Assembly (NCBI GenBank): GCA_013265495.1
Contig: MU058384.1
Coordinates: 4,389,239 to 4,453,238, forward strand
DNA from: Vicugna vicugna
Lineage: Eukaryota
Length of the DNA: 64,000 bases
Direction: 5' to 3'
Part shown: one piece after another, positions 38,320 through 50,409 of the stretch
Layout: the number at the start of each line of letters is the position of its first letter
How positions within the stretch are numbered: the first letter of the stretch is position 1
The notes under the pieces: model-generated
Database searches by the model: none
The model's input: only the letters and a program-made list of their open reading frames with translations
What the model was told of the DNA's origin: nothing
Made by a program: the position numbers and the translations under genes

Positions 38320-39200
38320 TTTTAAAAGCATAATATTAAAATGAGAAACCACAAAATCAAAAATGGGTGAAACTGGTTACATACAATTTTACATGGGTAA
38401 TAAAACACAATAAACAAATTCAAAAAATGAAATACAAACTTCAAAAAACACATTTGAGATATATGGCAAAAGGCCAGTGTTCATAATATAAAAAAGCTCT
38501 CATGAATCAAATTTTAAAATGAGCAGGCCTATAAAAATATGAGCAAAAGTCATACAAGAAGCATATAAAATTATTTGTCTTCACTAATAATTAAAATAAA
38601 ACAAATTAAGTAACTTACTGCTTTTACTCTTTAGCTCATTAGAGTCAAGTGATCTTACACATTTTTGGTAAGGATAAAGGAAAAGCCCTTATTTGCTGTG
38701 CATGAGAATAAGAATGGTAAAAAAAAAAATTGGGTTGATTTGGTCATACCTTTTAAAATTTAACTGTGCTATGACTGGGACATTGTGCTGTACACCAGAA
38801 ATTGACACATTGTAACTGATGGTACTTCAATAAAAATAAATAAATTAAAGAAAAAATTAAAAATAAATTAAAAATTAAATAACATAAAATTTAACTGTGC
38901 TAAACGTTTTCACTTATAAATTCTAGTACGAGGCATTTATTCCAGAGATATACTACCAATAAATATGCAAGAACATAGGTGAAATAATGTTTATTGCATA
39001 CTTTGTCATAGTGACATCTTGTAAACAAATATCTAACTGTAAGAATTTGGAGAAATAAATTTAAAAGAATGAGGCAGACTACCTTTATGTCTGGGTATGG
39101 AAAAAGTGTCAAAGTTATTTTAAGTATAAGAGCAAGTTATGAGAGCATATTTAGTGTTATCTTATTTTATAAAATTAAAGTGTACATTTGAATATCTTAG
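38320..39200 (+). mobile_element. Old L1ME-like 3' region
   Basis: 'aaatatgagcaaaagtcatacaag', 'aattctagtacgaggcatttattccagagatatact', 'aacaaatatctaactgtaagaatttgg'. Confidence 0.6.
38772..38884 (+). mobile_element. Young camelid-type L1 3'-end stub
   Basis: 'tgactgggacattgtgctgtacaccagaaattgacacattgtaactg...cttcaataaaaa' + A-rich tail; TSD TAAAATTTAACTGTGCTA (38754-38771, 38885-38902) at a TTTT/AAAA site. Confidence 0.9.
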
Positions 39201-39389
39201 AATATTGGTTTTGGCAACACAAGGGCTAACCTAGGTACACTTCCTTCCAACTATAAGCACACATAAAAAATAAAAGCTCGATAAAATATGTAACAAAAGT
39301 TGTAAATAGAAAGTCTCTAAGAACCAGAGTAAAGAAATAATTTAGATCTAGGTGCTCTGGTCATGAGAGAACGGTGGCAGCCAATGGGA

Positions 39390-39858
39390 TGTTGCAGGTG
39401 CCGAGAGCACCCAGGCCACATATCTCGGGCCTTTAAGGTGCTCCTGCTGACTTTCAATGGCCAGGATCCACATCTCTGACTTAGGGCTTCTTTCCCCGAA
39501 ACTCTGGAAGCTTCTCTGATTGATGGCACATGGCATGTTGAAAATGTCAGAGAATATTATCTCCTCCTCTCCAGCCCTGTAACCCTCAACCAGTGATTCC
39601 TCAGCTATCGTGTACAAATATACCAACTCCCTCACCCTTTATGGTGGATTAATTATGGGCATTCTGAATCATTTCCCAGAGTTTGCTGCTTTAATTGTCC
39701 ACTGACTTAGCTTAAAAACACACTCTTGGTTTCCTTCACCTCCCTTCCACTGACTCTCTGTCTGTCTTACTGGGGTTCTGTAACCCATCTGGGAAGAGTC
39801 TATGTGCCTTTGAGTCTGTGTCACAGAACCTGTTTTGGGGAAAACCAAAACTAAGAAA
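39390..39858 (+). mobile_element. LTR16-like ERVL solo LTR
   Basis: Starts TG; 'gtaaccctcaaccagtga...aaatataccaactccctcaccc'; ends 'ctgttttggggaaaaccaaaactaaga'. Confidence 0.7.
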
Positions 39859-40811
39859 GACCTAGGGTATAGGGTTGGGGTTTTACAGTTTAGTCAGAAG
39901 CCAATGTGAAGAAAACTGGAACCAAGAGGCTTGTACTAGCATGACCATGGGCTTTCTCTTGGGGAAAGGAGAAATAAAGGTCTTTGCTTATCATTCCAGG
40001 GAAGTGAAAAGACAATTTCTCTTTCTGTTATAAAGGAAATGTAAAAAAAAAAAAACAACACACACATAAGAAATTGAAAACCAAGACCTGAGACTGGCAT
40101 TGAAATGGTATAGGAATGTAAAGTGTAAAAAATGAACATGCAGACTGGTTCTAGAATGGCAAAATTCCTAAGACACTGTTTGGAAGAAAACACAAAACAC
40201 TTCAGACATAAAAAGTATATTTCTGCTGAATATCAGCTAAGCAATTAAAAATACCATAAAAGGAAAGCAAATACATCAAGAAAGAGTCCGCTGACAGGAG
40301 AATCAGAATATAACAGAACAATTTGAAGGAATCCATAAAACGAGTAGGCTACATATTACTGGAGATAAATGATAGGATCAAAATTACAGGGAAGGAATAA
40401 GACACTGACATAAGAATGGGTAAATTTGTAAAATAAGACATGAGAAATAAGATAACTGAAGATGAAAATTCAAATATGGATCAGAAGCCTTTTAGACCTG
40501 GCTCAAGAGATTGCAGAACTAGAAGAGAAATCTAAGGAAAATTTTTACTCTAAAGTATAGTGAAATAAAGACATGAGAAATATGTTTAAGAAAAACAGAT
40601 AGTGGAATGAGAACGTGGAACATATATATGCAACAGACTTCAAGAAAGGGAGAAAGGGTAGTAGACACAATTTTCAAAGAAAGTGTGGCTGAAATGTAAC
40701 AATATTTAATGAAATATGTGAAAAGTAGGATAGGAGAAATAAGGGATTATAAAGCAAGATAAATAAAGTAAATCTAGATGTTTCAGTGAACCTGCAGAAT
40801 GGGAAAGACAG

Positions 40812-41216
40812 AGTGGCAGCCCTCAGCTCTGGTCCCAAGAGGGGACCTGCTATCAGCCTCCAGCTGCTGTACCTTCAGGTTTTACGACAATGTTCACACG
40901 GAGGCCACTCCCTCCGCAGACTTCTCCCAGCCAGTGCTGGGCATGGTGAGCGTACTATAGTCGAAACTTTCTGGTCCAATGCCAAACTCTTCCAACATAG
41001 GAGACCCCCATGAGCCTGGCTGAGGCCCTTGGAGCTGCACTGCAGGCTAAACATCTTCCTACAGCAAACTCCTTTCACAGAATGAGATCTGTATTGTGGT
41101 TTGAAGGCTTCCCCCTTCTCCTGCTTCCTTGGCCCTTTATCCATTTTCCCCAAGAAATACTCTGTATTTCTAATTTTGTCTTGAAATGTGCTTTGCAGAG
41201 GGCCTGAAAAGAGACA
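40812..41216 (+). mobile_element. LTR33-like ERVL LTR inserted into L1 ORF1
   Basis: GC-richer block ending 'tctaattttgtcttgaaatgtgctttgcagagggcctgaaaagagaca'; L1 ORF1 text continues across it. Confidence 0.65.
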
Positions 41217-41841
41217 GAGAGAAAAACCTTAAAAGCAACCAGAAAAGACAGTGTACCATAGAGTAACAATTAGACTCACAGAAAAAATGTTACCAGCAAC
41301 AATAGAGACCAGAATACAAGCGAATATTATGCTCAAAGTGTTGAGAGAAAATAACTCATATTTAGAGAATTCTATCCTGTTAGATCATCATTCAACAGTG
41401 AGGATTAAAAAGAGCATTTTCAGTCCAAACACTGAAAGCATTTACCACTTACAGACCCTCAAAGGAAAAATGTGAACCTAAAAAGAAAGAATAAAATGTA
41501 GGAAACAATGTAGAGCAATGCTGGAATCTGTAGGGAAATTTAAATAAGCATTTACTGTCAAGATTTAAAAAGATAACAGCTCAAGGATTAAAAATAAAGT
41601 AGAGCTCACAAAAAAATAAAATAATGTATTTGGGGTGTGTGTGGACGTAATAGTATCTAAGATGATTTAAGTGAGTTTCTTATAATATTCTGGGGTATGA
41701 TGGAGATACTGAATATATATAAAAACTTAATTATATTTTAACTTTAGTGTGAATGTTAAAATTTAACATTTAACTATAAAAAAATGAAATGTCTAATCTT
41801 CAAACTATTGGTGAGAAAATGAATTAAGAAAACTCAAATCC

Positions 41842-42079
41842 AGGGAAGGGGATGAGGTGAGATAAATTAGAAGTATGGGATTAATGGATATGAGCTACAC
41901 ATAAAATAGATTCAAGAAACAGTGATTTATTGTATAGCACAGGGAACTATATTCAATATTTTATAATAACCTATAATGGAAAATAATCTGAAAAATATAT
42001 GTATATATAACTGAATCACTTTGCTGTACACCTGAAATTAACACAATATTGTAAATCAACTATTCTTCAATCAAAAAAA
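41842..42079 (+). mobile_element. Cetartiodactyl-type L1 3'UTR, 5'-truncated
   Basis: 'tgtatagcacagggaactatattcaatat...ataactgaatcactttgctgtacacctgaaattaacacaatattgtaaatcaactattcttcaat' + A tail. Confidence 0.9.
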
Positions 42080-43184
42080 CCCCTCAACTTCATCCAGTAG
42101 AAAAAAGAAAAAGAGTAATAAACAAGAAGAAACAAAAAAGCACAATGAATAAAAAAATCAAAGTTAAAACTGAATAAATAAATTTTAATGTATATATGGA
42201 TTTAGCTTGAGAGTTAAAAGACAGAGTCTTAGATTCAGCTGTATGTTTTCTAAAAAGGCACACCAAAAAATGCACTCACAGAAATGTTGAAAGTAAGATG
42301 TAAAAAAGATGTGTCAGGAAAATAGTAACCCAAAGAGAATGGGCATAACAGCTTTTAATATTAGAATATTATCAAAATATTATTAATATTTTAATATTAA
42401 ATGGAATTGGACTTCAAGCAGGAATAAAAGTAACAATTACCAGGAAGATAATCATTTTAAACATTCATTCACTTACCAGGCAAACCTCTAAGTACACAGA
42501 ACAAAACTTCACACAATTATAAAGAGAAATTCACAAATCCATAACTACAGCAGGGGATTTTGACATACTGATTGCTGTCATTAATTCAATGGTCAAAAAA
42601 CTGGTAAAGAATAGACAATTCTGACAGCACAATTAATAGATTCGAGTTGATGACTTTATATAAACACTGTTCCAAAAATTACTGAAAATACATTCTTTTC
42701 TTTCTCACATTGATTTTTTTCCACAAAAATTAGCTATGTAAGCTACAAAACAAGTCTCAAACATATCCAAAAATAAAAAAAAAATCTAAGAATCATTTTA
42801 CATAAGCAGCATTCCCTGAACACAGTGCATCAATTCCAGAAATCAATAATAAAAAGGAGCAACTCCCTTTTCACCTCCCACACTCAGAAATTTAAAATAA
42901 CCACTTCTAAATAATTATTGAATAGACTACAAATCATAGAATTTACCGAAGATTTAGAAAGAAACCACAATGAATATATCATATTTCAAATATTATGATG
43001 TCCAGCTAAAAAGGTACTTAGAGGGAAATTTACAGTTTGAAATGTATAAATTAGAAAGGAAGAAGGACTCAAATTGAGCAAGAGAGGAAACTAAAAGTCA
43101 ACAGAAGAAAGAAAACCATTGGACTAAACACAGAAATTAATGAGGCAGAGAAAAAGAGATAATGGAGACACTCCACACATCAAG

Positions 43185-43497
43185 CGGGCACCCACTGGGC
43201 CTTTGCACTTGCTGTGCTCTCTGCCTAGAAAATTCTTTTTCCAGGTACCTGCATAGTTCAATGGGATCTCTCAAGCACCCTGTTTAAAATTTCATGCCTA
43301 GTCCCCCCAATATTCCCTAACCATCTTCCCAACTTTCTTTTTGGAATAGCAGTTATCACTAGTGATCATCTTTTACATATGTATTTAATGTATTGTCTGT
43401 GTCTGCCCATTATCTATTTAGCTCACAGCTAAATCTGCAGGTGCCTAGAACAATGTCTAGTTTGGCAGCTTTCAATAAATACTTGTTGAATAAATGT
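43185..43497 (+). mobile_element. L2a-like 3' fragment
   Basis: 'gggcctttgcacttgctgtgctctctgcctagaa...gtgcctagaacaatgtct...tcaataaatacttgttgaataaatg'. Confidence 0.85.
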
Positions 43498-45669
43498 CTT
43501 ATAGCTATCTAGGTGGTGGTATTCAGATGTCTGTCACATCATTTTATATAGTTTTCTGTACATTTGAAATATTTGCAATTAAAAATGTAAATAAGCTTCA
43601 ATAAAATAAAAATATCTAAGTCTATGAAGTATTAATAATGTTAATCAATACTTACATTTGTATATTTTTCCAAATACATGTTTATGTTGCTTCTACAGTC
43701 ACAACAAAATAAAAGTAATGCTCACCAAAATAGATCATATATGCCTAGGTCATATATTCAGTAAATTCTATTTCTATTTTAAAGCATTTGTTCTCCAGAA
43801 TGAGTGAAATTTCCAGAACCGCATCAAACTATATTAAAGACCTCTATAAGAGAACATTTAAGAATCTTTCAAAAATAATTTAGGCAAAAAAACCCTCCAC
43901 CATCAAAATATCCACAGGACACAGTATTATTTCAGTGAAAAATTTTTTGATAATATTCTTGGACTCAAGTACTGATTTCAAAAAACCTACAGACTAAGGG
44001 TCACTTGAAGATATAGGGAAGATATCTTTACTCCTATCCTTAGATATTTTCATCTATCATGTTATTTTGTGTTTGTTGATGGTTCAGGAATTCAGATATG
44101 TTTTCTGATGGGGGAAATTCAGAAGCTTGTGGTACAGAAGAGTGAGGGAAGTTAAACAACAGCAGTCACTTATTCATAGATCACTAGATCAGTTACTCTC
44201 AGCTCTGCCCTCCATCTTCGATATAAGTACAATGATCTGATACTTTTATTTTAGGGAGCGATTCTGTGCACAAACTGTTACCAGAGTGAATTTTTCATGC
44301 TTGTAAAATTCACTCATTATTACAAGAGTAATTTTAAAAAATAAATTGAAGTCAGATGATCAAAGCACTGATGCTTTAGACAATACACGAAGACAGAGAA
44401 ATGGTTCCGTTACACAGGCCTCTTTTAATTTATAAAATAAAATATCAACTGAGAAAAATTCTCACTTAGTCCAAGATAATTATAATCTGCTCACTGTGAG
44501 GTTTTCAAAAACAGAATTTAAGTGAAAGATTTGGATATGAAGGAATGAGAAATAGAGCACATTCCCTCAATAGTGATATGTAAATATGTAGTGTTAACTC
44601 AGGTTATGTTTTCCAAAGTTCGCATGCTCACTGAGTGCAATTTATTATATACTAACTAACCAAAAAGTCGAGTTAAGTGGGCAAAAAATGAGATTCCAGG
44701 TGACACTACTGTGGTAGACTTTAATTAATGCATTAACACTGTTCTTGGCAGTCTTTATTTAACAGACCCACTTCAAACAGAATGAATTTGCCCTGGGAGA
44801 CTTCTTTAAGAAGGGAGGATCCACAAAGCTGGGTTTCCCTCCTCGTGTTGTCTTGAGGCAAAGAGCATTAATCAGAAAGAAAAAAAAAGCAAACTTCTAA
44901 TTTCTAACCATTTTAAAGTATTCTATGAACTCTTGTCCTTGATGAGTCCATTCATCATTTAATGGTACAAACTGTATGGCATAGACATTTTTATCTGTAT
45001 GATTTTTGTCTGACAGTATTCTACATGAAATCGAAAGTATCCTTTAAAAGACAACAGCAGAGTTAAGTGTGATGTAGACAATACTGTACGAGAAAAGTTC
45101 AGGCAATGTCATTGTTGAGAAGTCATTGATAAAAATATGAAATCTTAAATAGGAATTCTCCCTGGCTTAGTGCATGGAGCAGCACTGAAATACTAAATAA
45201 TGATTTGTAATGAAATCCTAGATTGCTTTCTTGAGGTAAATTATAAGGAGGCTACTGATTATATTTACTAAGACAAAAACTAGCTAAGGCAACTAAACTC
45301 TTCTCTGCAAACACTCAAGCCCTTAAGAAAGCTGGAATTAGATCATTTTTGACAACTCACTGAGGCATCTGTTAGGAAAAACTGGAAGAGCTAATGAGGT
45401 GATCTAATCACAATGTTATTATGAATAGAACTTATTCTGAATTGTTTGAATTAGTTGTTTTCTTTCAAATTTCATTTCTGTTATTATTGTTCCACATTAT
45501 TAAAATTCAGCCATTCATATTTTCCTGAAGATCATTAATTAAAATAAAAACTAAAGAGATGGTATGAGGCTATGAGACAACAATGAACAGTAATTAATAG
45601 TTACTTGGATTTTTCCACCATTCTTACTGCCACACACGAATACACATTTTACATATATATCTCTCAACA

Positions 45670-45745
45670 TTTTATATATATATATTATTCTCATAATAAT
45701 ATATATATATCTCATAATAATATATATATTATTCTCATAATAATG
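45670..45745. repeat. AT-rich short tandem duplication with hairpin potential
   Basis: Repeated 'ctcataataa' units separated by (AT)n; arms tatatattatt/aataatatata. Confidence 0.7.
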
Positions 45746-46599
45746 CTTTGAGGGATTATTGTAACCAAAATAAAATGAATGGAAACTGAGTCACAGAATA
45801 GTTAGTGACTTCCTTGGGATCATAGCATAGGTGAATGTCAAAGCCAAGACAAGATTTTGAGTTTCCTATCTTTCCCCAGGATTCTTCTCATCAGTTTATG
45901 TACCTATGTTTTCTACAATCACTGACTATCTTATGTGAGTGACCATGGCCACGGGAGCACGTTTCTCTGCCCCCTGCCACCCAATGGGCAACCCTCTATC
46001 TTTGCTCTGAGGAGAAGAAAATGTGTGCCTGGTATCTTAAGTGAAGCAAATATTTTCACAAACCCTGTTCTTTGTGTTGTTTAGGGTCTATGTATTCTTT
46101 GCACTTGGATTTCATATCCTTGTGGGTTACACAGGCTTTGGTGGGCTGACTGGAAGTCAAACTGTCATAAATAATACAGTGTCTAGGAAATGATTCTTTT
46201 CCAGTTCTAGACTTTTGTATCAAAACAAAAGTCTTTGTAAATTGTGTCTTCGCGAATTCGAAGTGTCATACTTTTGTGTGAAGGAAAATGTATAATAATG
46301 GCATGATTTAAAGCAACTGAGCTTTCGTTAGGGGCCACATATAACTGTGACTGTGCTAAAAACATCTAAGAGTAAACATGGAGCAGCATATTTATACCAC
46401 AGTTTCTTTACGCTACTCTCAAGTATGTATGGAAAATTCCTGTCATTGGGGTCCAAGCCGGAAGCCTCAGCCTTTACCACTAGGAATACATAAAGAGGCT
46501 TTCATGTCTACAGAGTCTTCTGAAGTATGAGCTCTGGCAAGGCTCCAATAATATAGGCAGCACCATGTAAAACCCAGATGCATATGGGTTTGAATCATT

Positions 46600-47708
46600 T
46601 CCTGGCTCCTCCTCCTCTCCTGACCTCTGGATGCTGGTGGAAGGCTTAGTTCCCCACCCTCTTCCTATTTACATTATCTTCCTAGGTAATCTCATCCGGT
46701 GCCAAGGCTTTAAATAGTGTAGGTGTTGATACATCTAAGGTCAGTACTGATCTCTCTCCTGAACACTGCATCTCAAAATTAATGCGTCCTGAACAGGACT
46801 CCTGAGTTCTTCCTGCATCCCTTTTCTCCAACCTCATCCTCCCTCAGTCGTCCCCATCTCATCAATGGTACCTAATGGTACCTGCAGTGATGCAAACTAA
46901 ATCTAGAATTCATCAATTATTCTTTATTTCATTTAATTTATTTATATGTATATATATATAATATACGTAGTACTTACTATTGAATTCAGTCCTAAGATGA
47001 TCATGTCTGAACATTAACCATCACTCCTTCTCAATCCAAGCCACCCTCACCTCTCCTCTCCTGCAGTAACTGAGGGCTGCCCATGACAGCTTCAATACCT
47101 CAGCCCGAACAATCCATTCTCTGCACAGGGGCCAGAGTGATCATTTTAAATCAGATGGTATCTCTTCCCTGTCTACTTGGTTTTGGTGGCTTCCCATTCA
47201 CTGTGAGAAAAGTAGAATTCAGACCACACCCTGTGAAGGTGCACGTGGTCCAGGTCCTGCCTACTTAGGCCCGTCATCTCCTTCCATCCTAGCATCTCGT
47301 TTTGCTCCTGCAGCACTGGCATTTCTGTCTTTCAAACAACGAAATGTTATTTTCTTAGGGCTTCGCTCTTGCTCTTTTCTCTACTTGGATTACTCTTCTT
47401 CCAGGTCTTTGCATGGCTTCATTCATCTCATTATCTCAGACACAGACAAGACCCACTGACCTCCCAATTACACATCCTCATCTCTACTGCAAGCAACCAG
47501 CTGTCTCACTACCCTGCTTTAGTTTCTTCACAGCATTTAGGAATATCTGAAATGATCTGTCTTATCTACATGTTTACGTGTTAACTGTCAGGCTTCTCTC
47601 CCTAGAATGGAGCTCCATGGACATGGGGACTTTGTCGTTTCTGTTTTTATATCCCCAGTCCCTATACCACATCCGGCCCCCAAATACTTGACGGTAGAAT
47701 GAATGAAC
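46600..47708 (+). mobile_element. L2 (L2a-like) ~1.1 kb 3' portion
   Basis: 'cctaggtaatctcatccggtgccaaggctttaaata', 'gccagagtgatcattttaaa', 'ctagaatggagctccatggacatggggactttgtc', terminal (GAAT)n. Confidence 0.85.
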
Positions 47709-50409
47709 CCTGGCTCTCTCATTTAAAACCAGTGACGTTAGGCTAATTATTAATCTATGAGAGTCTGAGTTTGCACGTCAAAAAGGGACAATTATACCTA
47801 TATATATACTCCAATATAAATAAGAGATTTTTCTGAGGATATTTGAGAGATTTAGGCAGAAATTAGAAATTTTCTTAAGACTACAGTGCTCATGAATATG
47901 ACATACTAAAATTGGGGGCTGATTAATAGTTTGTTATATGTGCACATCATATGTTTCACACCAAAAGAAGTCTATACCTATCCCAATTCTAAGCTCTAAC
48001 ATAATTACTTGTAATTCTAGATTCTCTTAATCAAATTACTAACATTAAGTACCAATTATCATCTGGCTATATACTTCCATTTGTGTCATGCAGATATACC
48101 CAGATATATAGATGTTTCTAGCTGTATCTGTATCTATATTTATATATCTATCTATAATTACATGGACACATACGTATGTGCATAACCTTGTATCATCTGA
48201 TTATTTCTGTGAGGCTCTCATAATTAAAAAAAATAATTGAGCCAGCATACTTAAGGCATGTAGGCCAAACTAAACAAGAGAAAAATATAAAATATTTGTC
48301 CTAAAATTCAATTTCAGTTAGGCATGTGTGAGAATTCACTTGGGTTGAATACTGGACGGGGACGGTTCTGAGGCTGCCTGTGCACAATGGGGAAGTCAGA
48401 GAAGCCCCATCTTCTGGGTGTTCATGGAAACCCCTCAACCAATATTCTTTTTAAATTGTCTCATACTGCTTTGTCAGATCTATCTTTTGATAGAGAAGCC
48501 TCAGCTATGTGGAATGTGAAACTCACCCTAGTCATACCAAAAAACTTCTCCAAGCCTGAAACTCTAATTAAAAAAAAAAGAAAAAAAGAAAGAAAGAAAA
48601 GGCTATGATATCAGACTCTGGCTTGGAAATACTGATATAATTTTAAGGCTGCTTCATAGCCAGAAAGTAACTGAAGTCGTCTTGCTTACTCAAGATTGCA
48701 TGAATAACGTAAATGTGGGTCAGAATTTCCAGGTTTATACATTTTTTTAAAATTTAAATTCAACACATTAAACTACCTTAAAAATTTATTTATGGATTCC
48801 TTTTTGATGTCTTTAAGGAAGAGACTAAATATTTGTGTTAAAAATGGGACAAATTACTCATGTACCTTTTCATAAGAATTTGCAATTTAAAATTGCGAAA
48901 GTGCTATTTAGTAACTTGATAGTTTGTAATAACTCTTTGTTATTACTCTATAATGTGCTAAAGCTAAAAATATATTCTTAGTTTAAAAACTTATAAACTA
49001 ACAGATAATACTTAGTCTTTGGGCTTAAATATTAAGTCAATTTTCCCTCTTTTCTATTACCTGTAGTATATGATATTATCAATTCAAAATAGTAACATTT
49101 TATAAAATGTACACATATTAATATGTTTTAAATTTAATATACATTAGCATACATTTAATAACATATTTGAAAATTATTGAACATTGATACTTTTTAAATT
49201 CCAATTTTTTCACTTCTATTTTGAAAAGAAAAATGACACTTTAAAAAAAAATAAGAAATATACTTCTTGTTAAACAGAAAATCAGTAAAGCAGATATTTC
49301 AAGCATATTTTTCTTAACTGTTTACTGGTTTTTCCTCTAAAAATATATTTTTCAAGCTACTTCTAAATTGCTTATAAATAATTAATGATTGGACTCTAGG
49401 TGAAGGGTTAGGCATATTTGGCATTTAATAGCTATAATTTCAAGTTCACCTGTACTCCAAAGATAACCCAGCACTGGAAAAACGTGCATAAAGTAGTACT
49501 AGCAAAACACAAACACCCTAGAAAAGCCAACAAACTGCCAGAGGCAACAGACAAATACGGAACAGCAAAAACCTGGTTTTATATAACTAGACCAGAATTT
49601 GACTATAGTGTACCTACACTTAATCCCGGGAACAGTATTTTGTTTGCAGCTATTTAAATAATCATTTCACAGGACGTAGCTAGTGTACTGAAAATAAAAT
49701 TTTTTTGAGTCTTTACAACACATATGGACTAACACATAATGTCTCATTCAGAGATACTAAATTTGTTTGCATGGAACTATAAAATGTGAAACAATTTGGA
49801 TAGTGAAAAAAGTTGCTAATGGCCTATTGTAGCTAATTAATATCAGCTACTTCATGAGATAACATTAATGTCCATGCATAAAAGCCATAAATCAAGACTT
49901 AAATGATGTATTTTGGTAGCTATCCTTGATTGGAAATATGAGGTGCAGATGAAACATTATCTATTAGAAATAGATTTTTTTAGGATATCAGCATTCTCCA
50001 GAAAAATAGTGTTTTCACAGTACTTCTGGCAAATAATAATTATAAAATAAGGTAATTACATTGACGCAATTGTAATTCTTTTTGTTTTTAAATTTTATGT
50101 AATGGTTATAATGCCCATAGTGAAATATGGGAGGTTTACACATACTAATTTTTAACTACTTAGTTCATGATTTTGATGACAAACTTCCCGTTTTAAAATT
50201 TATTTCAGAAACAAGTGAAAAAACAGTAAAATTTTTTAAAAACTGAGAATTTACTTCTGTTGTGTACTGAAGTCTTTTAACGCCATATATATTATCCTTA
50301 ATACTTCCTCCTTTCTCTCTTTCCTTTAATGAAAACAGTGAAAGGAAAAAGGAGTTGCACAGTACTTATTATGTGCTAGCAACTGTTTTAAACATATTAT
50401 ATACATTAA

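Larger units (their letters stand above)
39210..43150 (+). mobile_element. Old L1M: 5' region, ORF1 and ORF2 endonuclease remnants, with nested insertions
   Basis: ORF1 motif 'ccttaaaagcaaccagaaaag...caattagactcacag'; ORF2-EN motifs 'aatgttgaaagtaagatgtaaaaaagat', 'acttctaaataattattg', 'ggtacttagagggaaatttacag'; heavily interrupted. Confidence 0.75.
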
